Notes under the pieces: model-generated | Database searches by the model: none | Told to the model about the DNA's origin: nothing | Seen by the model: only the letters and a program-made list of their open reading frames with translations | Position numbers and translations under genes: made by a program | Shown here: positions 1 to 12,396 of the stretch, piece after piece | Layout: every line of letters begins with the position of its first letter | How positions within the stretch are numbered: position 1 is the stretch's first letter | Origin: Laetmonice hystrix | Taxonomy: Eukaryota | Assembly (NCBI GenBank): GCA_965235115.1 | Contig: OZ249451.1 | Coordinates: 2,666,001 to 2,730,000 of the forward strand | Direction of reading: 5' to 3' | DNA: 64,000 nt

Positions 1-104
1 GTAATATTGACATCTAAACAACCCTTAGACCTGGTGGATCCAGAATTTCTCAGAATTTTTTGAAATATCGGTTGGGTTTGATGACGATTGATGACATCTT
101 CAAG
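1..104 (-). CDS. Candidate coding exon running off the window start (LEDVINRHQTQPIFQKILRNSGSTRSKGCLDVNI...)
   Basis: Minus-strand acceptor ctctctcctgtcag ends at 105; phase-0 frame open to base 1; phase matches the 5973-6037 exon donor. Confidence 0.35.
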
Positions 105-667
105 CTGACAGGAGAGAGGTTGAGACGTTCTGTAGGGAGACTGTAATTTCAGCTGAGAACTTCTGTTGGGAGATGGTAATGATACTAGCTGGGTATTCCA
201 ATCATCGGTCTCCTTAACCTTCATTTGGTATGACGAATACGGCAATAAGTATAAGCCAGGAAATAGGAAAAATGCAGATCTTCTTTGGCGCGTTGTCATT
301 TAGCAGTTCTGATACGTGAATAGAAGCTCTGTTAGTAGGGCAAAGCAGCTTATTGCGACAATTACACAACCATTTAATGCACACAGTTGTGTCACCCGGT
401 GAAAAAAACAAGCACGTGTTCTTGGAGAGGTCACGTGAATGTAGCATTATTCTCTCGTCTCGTTGTTGACGTGAGTGGGCGAGGCTTTGTGAACTCCCCA
501 CCAACAGGAGCGTTGCTGAAGTGGCAGCTTACCAGGGAGATTTGGATACAAGTAGGATAGCAGAAGGGTAGTAAGTATCAGGTAATAAACCCACGGGTAC
601 ACGACCCTCCAACCATATTGTGATTGCCGCCTATCATCCAACCACTGGGAATATAACTCGTCGTGTC

Positions 668-1850
668 TGTGAATCTGGTAAACAATGTTCAGACCGGGCT
701 GGTGAGGTTAACTACTTGTATTGTGAATCTGGTACGTTCAGACCGGGCTGGTGAGGTTAACTACTTGTATTGTGAATCTGGTAAACAGCGTTTAGACCGG
801 GCTGGTGAGGTTAACTACTTGTATTGTGAATCTGGTAAACAACGTTCAGACCGGGCTGGTGAGGTTAACTACTTGTATTGTGAATCTGGTAAACAGCGTT
901 CAGACCGGGCTGGTGAGGTTAACTACTTGTATTGTGAATCTGGTAAACAATGTTTAGACCGGGCTGGTGAGGTTAACTACTTGTATTGTGAATCTGGTAA
1001 ACAGCGTTCAGACCGGGCTGGTGAGGTTAACTACTTGTATTGTGAATCTGGTAAACAGCGTTCAGACCGGGCTGGTGAGGTTAACTACTTGTATTGTGAA
1101 TCTGGTAAACAGCGTTTAGACCGGGCTGGTGAGGTTAACTACTTGTATTGTGAATCTGGTAAACAGCGTTCATACCAGGCTGGTGAGGTTAACTACTTGT
1201 ATTGTGAATCTGGTAAACAGCGTTTAGACCGGGCTGGTGAGGTTAACTACTTGTATTGTGAATCTGGTAAACAGCGTTCAGACCGGGCTGGTGAGGTTAA
1301 CTACTTGTATTGTGAATCTGGTAAACAGCGTTTAGACCGGGCTGGTGAGGTTAACTACTTGTATTGTGAATCTGGTAAACAGCGTTTAGACCGGGCTGGT
1401 GAGGTTAACTACTTGTATTGTGAATCTGGTAAACAGCGTTCATACCAGGCTGGTGAGGTTAACTACTTGTATTGTGAATCTGGTAAACAGCGTTTAGACC
1501 GGGCTGGTGAGGTTAACTACTTGTATTGTGAATCTGGTAAACAATGTTCAGACTGGGCTGGTGAGGTTAACTACTTGTATTGTGAATCTGGTAAACAGCG
1601 TTTAGACCGGGCTGGTGAGGTTAACTACTTGTATTGTGAATCTGGTAAACAGCGTTCATACCAGGCTGGTGAGGTTAACTACTTGTATTGTGAATCTGGT
1701 AAACAGCGTTTAGACCGGGCTGGTGAGGTTAACTACTTGTATTGTGAATCTGGTAAACAGCGTTCAGACCGGGCTGGTGAGGTTAACTACTTGTATTGTG
1801 AATCTGGTAAACAGCGTTCAGACCGGGCTGGTGAGGTTAACTACTTGTAT
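668..1850. repeat. 54-bp minisatellite, ~22 copies
   Basis: Unit tgtgaatctggtaaacagcgttcagaccgggctggtgaggttaactacttgtat repeated head-to-tail. Confidence 0.97.
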
Positions 1851-2784
1851 AATTGGAAGGCAATATGAGATATACGGCACTTTCATGATGGCTAACGACG
1901 TCTGCTATGGCAAAATATGTAAGTCATGTGATTATTGGTCAAAATAATTACGCTAATTAACGACGCCTAGCGACAGGGGATTGCAAGGTCGAGTTCGGTT
2001 AACACGTCTGTTCGGCGACACTGAGAAAGGTCTATTTAATGCGCATGTCAAGCCATCTTCACCGCATATTTAGTGATATTTCATGAAGGTGCGAGATCGC
2101 GACCGTGTTAGGCCGAGATAATATGCAGGAGGCATAACCGAGGGTGTATCATATCCGTCATAACACCGGTGAAACAACCGGTATTAGCCGAAACTATGTT
2201 GATTTGTTCCCTGTCGCTAAGAGTGCATTATGCTTTAATAATGTTACTTTTTATCAGTCATTATCTAACTTTTAGCGATGCCGGAGTGTGCTAATTCATA
2301 ACACTAATCCCACTCAATAAATCTGCTGCACAAAATATCATTTTATAATAATTCGCGATTTGCTGCCTAAATGGAATGCTCTTTGACTAGCTGGCGTACA
2401 CCTACAGTGGGGCTATCAGTGGCTGAATGATCCCGGGGGCGTGAGGGACGTCAGCTCTGGGATGGCGCGTGTCTGGGGTTCGTAATGAAATGACGTCTGT
2501 GATGGTGGTGCAGTGATGGTGGTGTGGCGGCCCGGTGCTGATAGCTGTGTTTGTCGGGAGGCAGTCACAGGCTTCCCGCCTCATGACTTGGGTCATTTAC
2601 CGATAGGTTGCTGTCAGGTGTCGAGGTATTCCTCACCTCCCGACGAGCCAGCCACCAGACTGACTGTGGTGTAGGCACAGCACGGTTCTTATAACAGGGA
2701 AAAACAGACCAGATCATTCCAATTAATACACCCACAACTAACACTGCCTGACCCTGACACGTAGAGACTCAGGGATGGGTTGGA

Positions 2785-3105
2785 CATGTCGATAATCAGG
2801 GCCGCATTTGATACTTAGATAATCAGGGCCTTATTTGACACGTAGATAATTAAGGCCTTATTTGACACGTAGGCAGCCAGGGTATTTGACACGTAGATAA
2901 TTAAGGCCTTATTTGACATGTAGGCAGCCAGGGTATTTGACACGTAGATAATTAAGGCCTTATTTGACACGTAGGCAGCCAGGGTATTTGACACGTAGAT
3001 AATTAAGGCCTTATTTGACATGTAGGCAGCCAGGGTATTTGACACGTAGATAATTAAGGTCTTATTTGACACGTAGGCAGTCAGGGCCGTATTTGACACT
3101 TAGAC
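2785..3105. repeat. Composite 27+24 bp (51-bp) minisatellite
   Basis: Alternating ttgacacgtagataattaaggccttat and ttgacacgtaggcagccagggtat subunits. Confidence 0.92.
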
Positions 3106-4569
3106 AATCGCCGTGACATATGCCATGATATAACACGGTATACGGTACACCAGCACCTGATAGACAAAACTTGTTGATATAGCCTCCACATATACCGACT
3201 TACTCGAGGATTAGGTGTCAGTCTGAGAGAGGTCAGTCTGCTGAAGTGTGGACGGACCAAACAGGAGTAATTAGACACACACTGGAAGTGTTAGAGTGGT
3301 TTAGGCGCCTCCTTAACTCCCCTTATAATATTGTGGTAGGCTATTCCCAAACACTCAACTCAAACCTGTCTCAAGTTTACTGGCAACTTCTAAATGATTA
3401 CATAGACGGCGTCTTGTATATGTTTCCTTTTGTCGGGGGTGGGGGCATCACCCTCACCCGACCTTGTCGACCCGACCTTTGACCCTTGATCTGAACTGGG
3501 CTATGGTTCTGATCCTGCGTTCACCAGATCAAGCTATCCCTTTGATGATTGCCGCTAGACGGCGCTGACAGCGTACACAAGCAGACCCTCAATGTCTCCC
3601 TGGGGCTGGTGTCTGACAGACGCTGAGAACAATACCCGGCCCACCCCGCGTCTAATTACCCTCCCCGAACATCTTACTTACCACTAACAAATCGTTCCAT
3701 GGGTTGTTAATTTACTGGTGCTGACATACTCTCAGCGCCGCCTAGCGGAGAGGGAGTCCACTGATGAGGACGGGGGACGTTTCCCTGTCATAGGACGCCA
3801 AGTTTGATGACGTTACTTCAGCTGGACGTTCAGACTGTGGCCGGCTGAAGGACCGCAGGAAGGGACCCTCATGAGGGAAGGGGTCACTGAAAAACGTTCA
3901 GGAGTTAGGGGACTCCTGTTGGTGGTGAAACGTTTTACCTCTCGGTGGACACGCAGGACGCGAGTTGCGGTGGGATGGGGGCTGGTAGCCTCCCAACACT
4001 CTGGTGACCGCTATGGGCATTGGGACGGAATGAGGATTAGTTCAGCGACTCTCGGTTAGTCGTATCGAGTCCGTCTCTCTTGGTGTTGTGTTGTATATTA
4101 ATGAGACTAGAATCCTACACTCCTTCCCTACCTGGCCGGGTTGAGGGCACGGCTGGGTTGTTTAGGCCTATTCCATCGTTCAGGTGTCATGGCGGGACTT
4201 GGCGACGCTTGTCGTGTTTTAGCGGACACTGGTCCCAACGGGCCTTGTTAACAAATCACCTCTAAACGGTAGCGCCGCTCAGCGGGCCAACAGACAGACA
4301 GACAGACGTACTGACGCCGGGGAGCTGACGCTTCTGTGATGAATCACCCCACGAGAGCTGCCGACGCTACGTACAGCGGCCGACGCCGCAGTGACGGCCG
4401 ACGCCACAATTGGATAAGAGGTGTCGTGTTAACACCGGCAGACGCTGGCCACATCAGACCAATCAGTTTAACAGGAACCCGGTTCTTGTGACGACACCCT
4501 GTCCGATGACGTCGGCTGTGATAGTTCACCGCCGAAACTGGGCACCGTCCACAAACAATAGGGCCGTCC

Positions 4570-4970
4570 CTGTCCTGCCATTGGCTGCAGGCACTGACGT
4601 CACTGTCCTGCCATTGGCTACAGGCGCTGACGTCACTGTCCTGACATTGGCTGCAGGCACTGACGTCACTGTCCTGCCATTGGCTGCAGGCGCTAACGTC
4701 ACTGTCCTGCCATTGGCTACAGGCGCTGACGTCACTGTCTTGCCATTGGCTGCCGGCGCTTACGTCACTGTCTTGCCATTGGCTGCCGGCGCTTACGTCA
4801 CTGTCTTGCCATTGGCTGCAGGCGCTGACGTCACTGTCTTGCCATTGGCTGCAGGCGCTGACGGCACTGTCTTGCCATTGGCTGCAGGTGCTGACGTCAC
4901 TGTCCTGCCATTGGCTGCATGTGCTGACATCACTGTAATGCCATTGGATACAGGCGCTGACGTCACTCTC
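4570..4970. repeat. 33-bp minisatellite, ~12 copies
   Basis: Unit cactgtcctgccattggctgcaggcgctgacgt. Confidence 0.96.
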
Positions 4971-5972
4971 TTGAAAATAACTGCAGGCGGTGGCGGAACC
5001 GAATCTTTGCCTGCCAGATACTACTGGCATTCAGAAATCAAGGTGACAGCGTCGGTTTGATATAGAACAAGCCGACTTGTGTCTATCTGTGTTTGGCCAG
5101 AGGTTGCACTCCCACACGCCATTCCCCCACACCTGCTAACACCCCCAGCCTACGCCCACATAAACCCATATCCACGCATCCACACATCACCAACATGCCT
5201 ACGAGCCGATCTAATTATATGATGTTAGAAATGGCCTACGCGGTGTAAGATATGTTATTAAGCATTATACTATCTGAAGCAATATTCCTGCACGGTCGAA
5301 ATCCTGCGACAGCAAGAATTACATTCAGACTTCACTGATCCATTATAAATTCTAAAGCAGAATTGTGTATAGGAGCGACAACAAAGGCGACGTCCGCGTT
5401 CCGTAAAAGCTTTATATTGTACGCGGACTCCATTAGAGGAGTGGCGCCAGAAGAGAAGAAAGCGTCTCTTTTGAAAGACGTCAGAGGCGTAGTAAAGAGC
5501 CATGGTGACGCTTATAGCCTTTTGGTTAAACGTTTTACAAGCGTCAGATGGTAGGCGTTATGATAGCTTTTGTTTCAAGGCCGAGTTGCATCATTTCCTG
5601 AGATCTACATAGATCTGTTCTTCGGGTTTGCACCTACATCTCTTCTTTGGTTTGGCGCACTGTGGTTAAATCGTATGTCAGTCGGTAAAAGGTAAGACAA
5701 AAGATAAGACATTTTTATTTCCAGTCCTTTACGTTCAAATACAAACAGTAGCAGAATGCTATTTCATGATTTCTCGAAGTTCAACAAAGATTCTGTTTTT
5801 GTATTCAAGAAAAATAATTCAGGGTGTATCCATTCTTTCTCATCCTGTTTTAATGTCAGGAATATAATGGACACACCAGTAGATTAATTAAAAACATCTC
5901 AGGACAGATTTAGCGTTTATGTTATCATGTAGATATCATAAAACATAGCAACAGGAAAAAGTAGAAACTTAC

Positions 5973-6037
5973 TGTCTTCTTCCAACAAGGTGGACACTTG
6001 ATTATATGTTGGTAATTCTCAACAAGCATGTATATCA
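5973..6037 (-). CDS. Candidate internal exon, xIYMLVENYQHIIKCPPCWKKT (RhoGAP-fold/DEPDC-like terminal helix?)
   Basis: Acceptor ccctctacccgcag, consensus donor ACA|GTAAGT, 65 nt phase 1-0, open frame. LVENYQHII resembles the L-x-x-N-Y-Q-x-I end of RhoGAP-fold domains (recalled similarity, not a search). Confidence 0.5.
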
Positions 6038-6359
6038 CTGCGGGTAGAGGGCGTCAACGGTCCCGGGGGGTGCGAGAATACCATCATTCTTGTCTTGGTC
6101 GTTGAGAAATTGATGTTAAAGTTGTAGGTCCTGTTCTGAAGGTACCGAGCGCTGGGCCGGAGAGATACTCTGGTGTGTACATAAAGTCGTGTTATCACGT
6201 CATTGAAGTAGAAATATCAGGTAAACCTAAAGTTAATAATTTGTTAATATCAACCCGAGGCTACCATGTACCCGAGTGAAACAGAAAAATGACATTTTTC
6301 TCCACCTTTTATTTTTCTGTTTAATGAAACATCGATTGGTAACTTGAGATACCCAGTGG

Positions 6360-6415
6360 AATACTCAGCACGCGCATGCGTACACAAAACGCTCATCATG
6401 GGACTGTAAGAAATA
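6360..6415. promoter_or_regulatory. Possible promoter elements (NRF1-like GCGCATGCG; weak ZNF143-like site)
   Basis: gcgcatgcg at 6372-6380; catgggactgtaag nearby; ATG-initiated frame at 6453. Confidence 0.2.
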
Positions 6416-6452
6416 GCATAAATAAATTAAAGGCAATAATAATAAAATCAGA

Positions 6453-6524
6453 ATGACAAAGTGGGAAGAAAGACTGAGAGCGGAATTCATGGCTCAGGTG
6501 TCTTCGTGTTTAGCAGCGCAATTA
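6453..6524 (+). CDS. Possible ORF start truncated by the gap (MTKWEERLRAEFMAQVSSCLAAQL)
   Basis: ATG after an A-rich leader; helical-looking peptide; runs into Ns. Confidence 0.15.
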
Positions 6525-6869
6525 NNNNNNNNNNNNNNNNNNNNNNNNNNNNNNNNNNNNNNNNNNNNNNNNNNNNNNNNNNNNNNNNNNNNNNNNNNNN
6601 NNNNNNNNNNNNNNNNNNNNNNNNNNNNNNNNNNNNNNNNNNNNNNNNNNNNNNNNNNNNNNNNNNNNNNNNNNNNNNNNNNNNNNNNNNNNNNNNNNNN
6701 NNNNNNNNNNNNNNNNNNNNNNNNNNNNNNNNNNNNNNNNNNNNNNNNNNNNNNNNNNNNNNNNNNNNNNNNNNNNNNNNNNNNNNNNNNNNNNNNNNNN
6801 NNNNNNNNNNNNNNNNNNNNNNNNNNNNNNNNNNNNNNNNNNNNNNNNNNNNNNNNNNNNNNNNNNNNN
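6525..6869. other. Assembly gap (345 N)
   Basis: Run of N. Confidence 1.
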
Positions 6870-7686
6870 CCAGTTTCCCTCCCCGTCTTTCTCCGGCACT
6901 CACCCACGAACATAAGTATAACACTGATTTGAAACCATTTAAATTCTTCCTCGAAATAATAAAGTCAGGCTGCCGACATGATAATAGTATAGTAATTTAG
7001 TAAGAAGTAATTTAGTTTGTCTGATATATAGTCAGACTTCCATCTTATTCACTCTTTCCTAAGATGCCCACGGCTGAACGAATTTACGGGAAAAAGCTAC
7101 TACTACTATATGATTAGATTTATTGGCTTAATCAGTACTTGGACAGGTACATTGTAAGGGGGCATGCAGCCCCACGGCGGGGAATTGGATTCTTTCTCCG
7201 TCAGGGGCCTGGGGGGACGGCGTCCCTCCCGCTACGTTTGCTGGCGGCCAGTTATAGAACTAACCGCGGTGGGTGGCACGCCTCCAAGCCGACACCGGTC
7301 TCAATAGCGAATCCTTTATATTTTTATCATTTTATACTTATATAGATTGAATCCGTAGTTTTCCCTTATCTCACTGACATCAGTGATGCATCATTGTGTT
7401 GCGAAGTTGTAGAGATAGTTGGTGTTTTTATATTCACAACTTTGCCTTCTTCAAGTGACCACTCCTTATTACCACTCCCTTACCACTCCACCAGCAGGCG
7501 GATTCTCTGTGTAAATCTGTCCCCACTCGCCCCCGATCAGGTGATTAATCACAGCGCTATATTTTAAATATTCATATTTGAGTAATTGGTGGGGCATAGC
7601 GCATATTTTCCACGATGTGATAATGAGGCCGCCCCCTCCCACGACGCCAAGCCGGGTGGTGAGATTGTATGACGGTGGGAGTGTGG

Positions 7687-7710
7687 GTGTGTGTGTGTGT
7701 GTGTGTGTGT
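7687..7710. repeat. (GT)n microsatellite
   Basis: ~12 GT units followed by a G run. Confidence 0.9.
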
Positions 7711-7868
7711 GGGGGGGGATCTGCCTGAAGCTAATGTGTTTCTTATACATGAATAAATACCGATATTAGAGACTGCATCACCATCTGACCAACAAAGATG
7801 TAGAATGACGGTACGTATTTATACCCGATCTGAAAGTACTACTAGTTATAGTGGTTGTATCAAGATTT

Positions 7869-9530
7869 GTCATACTGACACACCCAGACATGTCAAAGTG
7901 ATCCAGCCCGTCATACTGACACACCCAGACATGTCAAAGTGATCCAACCCGCCATACTGACACACCCAGACATGTCAAAGTGATCCAGCCCGTCATACTG
8001 ACACACCCAGACATGTCAAAGTGATCCAACCCGTCATACTGACACACCCAGACATGTCAAAGTGATCCAACCCGTCATACTGACACACCCAGACATGTCA
8101 AAGTGATCCAGCCGGTCATACTGACACACCCAGACATGTCAAAGTGATCCAACCCGTCATACTGACACACCCAGACATGTCAAAGTGATCCAACCCGTCA
8201 TACTGACACACCCAGACATGTCAAAGTGATCCAACCCGTCATACTGACACACCCAGACATGTCAAAGTGATCCAACCCGTCATACTGACACACCCAGACA
8301 TGTCAAAGTGATCCAGCCGGTCATACTGACACACCCAGACATGTCAAAGTGATCCAACCCGTCATACTGACACACCCAGACATGTCAAAGTGATCCAACC
8401 CGTCATACTGACACACCCAGACATGTCAAAGTGATCCAACCCGTCATACTGACACACCCAGACATGTCAAAGTGATCCAACCCGTCATACTGACACACCC
8501 AGACATGTCAAAGTGATCCAACCCGTCATACTGACACGCCCAGACATGTCAAAGTGATCCAACCCGTCATACTGACACGCCCAGACATGTCAAAGTGATC
8601 CAACCCGTCATACTGACACGCCCAGACATGTCAAAGTGATCCAACCCGTCATACTGACACGCCCAGACATGTCAAAGTGATCCAACCCGTCATACTGACA
8701 CGCCCAGACATGTCAAAGTGATCCAACCCGTCATACTGACACGCCCAGACATGTCAAAGTGATCCAACCCGTCATACTGACACGCCCAGACATGTCAAAG
8801 TGATCCAACCCGTCATACTGACACGCCCAGACATGTCAAAGTGATCCAACCCGTCATACTGACACGCCCAGACATGTCAAAGTGATCCAACCCGTCATAC
8901 TGACACACCCAGACATGTCAAAGTGATCCAACCCGTCATACTGATACACCCAGACATGTCAAAGTGATCCAACCCGTCATACTGACACACCCAGACATGT
9001 CAAAGTGATCCAACCCGTCATACTGACACACCCAGACATGTCAAAGTGATCCAACCCGTCATACTGACACACCCAGACATGTCAAAGTGATCCAACCCGT
9101 CATACTGAAACACCCAGACATGTCAAAGTGATCCAACCCGTCATACTGACACACCCAGACATGTCAAAGTGATCCAACCCGTCATACTGACACGCCCAGA
9201 CATGTCAAAGTGATCCAACCCGTCATACTGACACGCCCAGACATGTCAAAGTGATCCAACCCGTCATACTGACACGCCCAGACATGTCAAAGTGATCCAA
9301 CCCGTCATACTGACACGCCCAGACATGTCAAAGTGATCCAACCCGTCATACTGACACGCCCAGACATGTCAAAGTGATCCAACCCGTCATACTGACACGC
9401 CCAGACATGTCAAAGTGATCCAACCCGTCATACTGACACGCCCAGACATGTCAAAGTGATCCAACCCGTCATACTGACACACCCAGACATGTCAAAGTGA
9501 TCCAACCCGTCATACTGACACACCCAGACA
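7869..9530. repeat. 41-bp minisatellite, ~40 copies
   Basis: Unit gtcatactgacacacccagacatgtcaaagtgatccaaccc; very homogeneous. Confidence 0.98.
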
Positions 9531-9825
9531 CCTATTGGCCAGATGCGTAGGGCCTATTATAAAGAAAACTCGCAGTAGATACTTCTTCAAAATTATTTGT
9601 CTTCGATAAATGCTCATATTCTTCTTTATTCAATTGCCGTTGGTATTGCTCTAGATATAGAACCGTGAACTGAAGAAGGCCGCAGAGATCGAAAGAGACA
9701 CGGGCACGAGCGCGTGTCTCTAAAAGTCACATGGGAGATTGGTTGCCACAACAAGGCCTTCGCCATCAACTCATGAGAGCATGGTACGGTGATATAAAGG
9801 TTTGTGTTGAGTAACATGTAGGCCG

Positions 9826-10910
9826 GATCTATACGAGTAATGATATCATGGCTGTGATTGGAGGAAATCTGTACGGGTAATGATATCATGGCTGTGATTG
9901 GAGGAAATCTGTACGAGTAATGATATCATGGCTGTGATTGGAGGAAATCTGTACGGGTAATGATATCATGGCTGTGATTGGAGGAAATCTGTACGGGTAA
10001 TGATATCATGGCTGTGATTGGAGGAATCTGTATGAGTAATGATATCATGGCTGTGATTGGAGGAAATCTGTACGGGTAATGATACCATGGCTGTGATTGG
10101 AGGAAATCTGTACGGGTAATGATATCATGACTGTGATTAGAGGAAATCTGTACGGATAATGATATGATGGCTGTGATTGGAGGAAATCTGTACGGGTAAT
10201 GATATCATGGCTGTGATTGGAGGAAATCTGTACGGATAATGATATGATGGCTGTGATTGGAGGAAATCTGTACGGGTAATGATACCATGGCTGTGATTGG
10301 AGGAAATCTGTATGGGTAATGATATCATGGCTGTGATTGGAGGAAATTTGTACGGATAATGATATCTTGGCTGTGATTAGAGGAAATCTGTACGGGTAAT
10401 GATATCATGACTGTGATTGGAGGAAATCTGTACGGGTAATGATACCATGGCTGTGATTGGAGGAAATCTGTACGAGTAATGATATCATGACTGTGATTGG
10501 AGGAAATCAGTACGGATAATGATATCTTGGCTGTGATTGGAGGACATCTGTACGGGTAATGATATCATGGCTGTGATTGGGGGAAATCTGTACGGGTAAT
10601 GATATCATGGCTGTGATTGGGGGAAATCTGTACGAGTAATGATATCATGACTGTGATTGGAGGAAATCTGTACGGATAATGATTTCATGGCTGTGATTGG
10701 AGGAAATCTGTACGGGTAATGATATCATGGCTGTGATTGGAGGAAATCTATACGGATAATGATTTCATGGCTGTGATTGGAGGAAATCTGTACGGGTAAT
10801 GATATCATGGCTGTGATTGGAGGAAATCTGTACGGATAATGATTTCATGGCTGTGATTGGAGGAAATCTGTACGGGTAATGATATCATGGCTGTGATTGG
10901 AGGAAATCAG
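9826..10910. repeat. 40-bp minisatellite, ~27 copies
   Basis: Unit gtacgggtaatgatatcatggctgtgattggaggaaatct. Confidence 0.97.
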
Positions 10911-10922
10911 ACCGGTGCTTAC

Positions 10923-11072
10923 AAATAACGCGCAGGCGCCTTGTAATGATCGTGGAACCTGCTTATATCAGAGCCAGGCCCTGACCCCAGGACGGTTATT
11001 GGTGCCAGGGGACCGCACTGACCTTTGACCCCTGACCCCCAGTGAGCATTGACCCCCCCATCGCCTTGGTTC
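10923..11072 (-). CDS. Candidate 150-nt symmetric (phase 2-2) exon, NQGDGGVNAHWGSGVKGQCGPLAPITVLGSGPGSDISRFHDHYKAPARY
   Basis: Acceptor ttcacttacaccgacag, donor TT|GTAAGC, only one frame open; wedged between two arrays. Confidence 0.35.
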
Positions 11073-11169
11073 CTGTCGGTGTAAGTGAAGTATATATACC
11101 GTGAGAATCCCTGGGGATACACGGTCGTTTATCACATTGATAAACGTGTGACAGGCAACGTTAAGTATC

Positions 11170-11632
11170 TTTGTGTGAATCCCACCCGCCAGGGAGGAGG
11201 ACATGTCATAGAAACCCTCATGGTGATACCTCATCTTTGTGTGAATCCCACCCGCCAGGGAGGAGGACATGTCATAGAAACCCTCATGGTGATGCCTCAT
11301 CTTTGTGTGAATCCCACCGGCCAGGGAGAAGGACATGTCATAGAAACCCTCATGGTGATGCCTCATCTTTGTGTGAATCCCACCCGCCAGGGAGGAGGAC
11401 ATGTCATAGAAACCCTCATGGTGATGCCTCATCTTTGTGTGAATCCCACCGGCCAGGGAGAAGGACATGTCATAGAAACCCTCATGGTGATACCTCATCT
11501 TTGTGTGAATCCCACCCGCCAGGGAGGAGGACATGTCATAGAAACCCTCATGGTGATGCCTCATCTTTGTGTGAATCCCACCGGCCAGGGAGGAGGACAT
11601 GTCATAGAAACCCTCATGGTGATGCCTCATCT
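11170..11632. repeat. 66-bp minisatellite, 7 copies
   Basis: Unit ctttgtgtgaatcccacccgccagggaggaggacatgtcatagaaaccctcatggtgatgcctcat. Confidence 0.97.
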
Positions 11633-11700
11633 AAGTTTTTATGTCCCCTCTCGTCATGATGAACAATTGAAACGTAAACTGTGGATCAATGTGAAATAGC

Positions 11701-11865
11701 TCAAGGTATAAAACGGGTGTGCATAACGGCGGCATCCCTGGAGCAAAGACCGACCGGTTCTTGTGGCCATTCGTCTTCTGCAAACGCCGAGCTGTGCCAC
11801 ACACATCCTTTTAAAACGTCAATGGCCTCCGAAGTGTCAGAAATATTCATCCGTTTCCCCGCCAT
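11701..11865 (-). CDS. Candidate exon or remnant, MAGKRMNISDTSEAIDVLKGCVWHSSAFAEDEWPQEPVGLCSR... (weak DEP-domain resemblance)
   Basis: Acceptor ttttacgacgtgtcag; single open frame ending at TGA 11701. Confidence 0.2.
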   Translation of the reverse strand: MAGKRMNISDTSEAIDVLKGCVWHSSAFAEDEWPQEPVGLCSRDAAVMHTRFIP

Positions 11866-12396
11866 CTGACACGTCGTAAAAAGATCAAGCCAGGATGTCA
11901 ATGCTCACCGACCGTTAGTAATATTTGCCATCAACAGGGGATTCTGGGGCTGGTTGCTTGGTCTTCTGTTTACGCTTTGTGACAAATGATTTCAGACTTG
12001 GTGCGCAGCTTTCAATAATTCACAAGTTCGCACCTCGCTCCGGCATCGGTCCTGCCCCACTGGCAGTGAAATAAATACGCCCTTAGTCTGTTTGTCTGAT
12101 CGCCGGCTTTTTAATATCCCATCTAGCGTGACACAAGATGCCGACACATTTGTTCTGTTGCTGGCAGAAAAGACTCCTTTAGAGAGGAAGAATTCTGACA
12201 CGAAATGAGCGATTAATGAAATTGGTTTCGTAACCAATTAATTTGGTTTAAGATTCCCAGTGTCGTTTGGGATCGGTAACTTCCGGCTTGCACCTGCCCG
12301 GCAGGGCTGGAAGAAAACGCCACGTAGCGGCCAGTGTGTGAACTGGTGCTGTTACTTGGCGGCCCCAAAGGAACTTGAGCAATATTGGTAGCAAAT

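Noticed and set aside
508-570. Plus-strand exon candidate SVAEVAAYQGDLDTSRIAEG with GTAAGT donor
   Set aside because: Isolated, no partner exon found, and it would lie inside the putative minus-strand intron; insufficient support.
663-1868. 401-aa ORF of DRAGEVNYLYCESGKQRS repeats
   Set aside because: Lies wholly in a 54-bp (3n) array, no ATG start, and unit variants are mostly non-synonymous (S/L, R/C, DR/YQ, R/W).
6453-7000. ORFs containing long X runs
   Set aside because: Artefacts of translating the N gap.
10968-11699. His-rich 220-aa and companion ORFs
   Set aside because: Products of a 66-bp array open in several frames on both strands.
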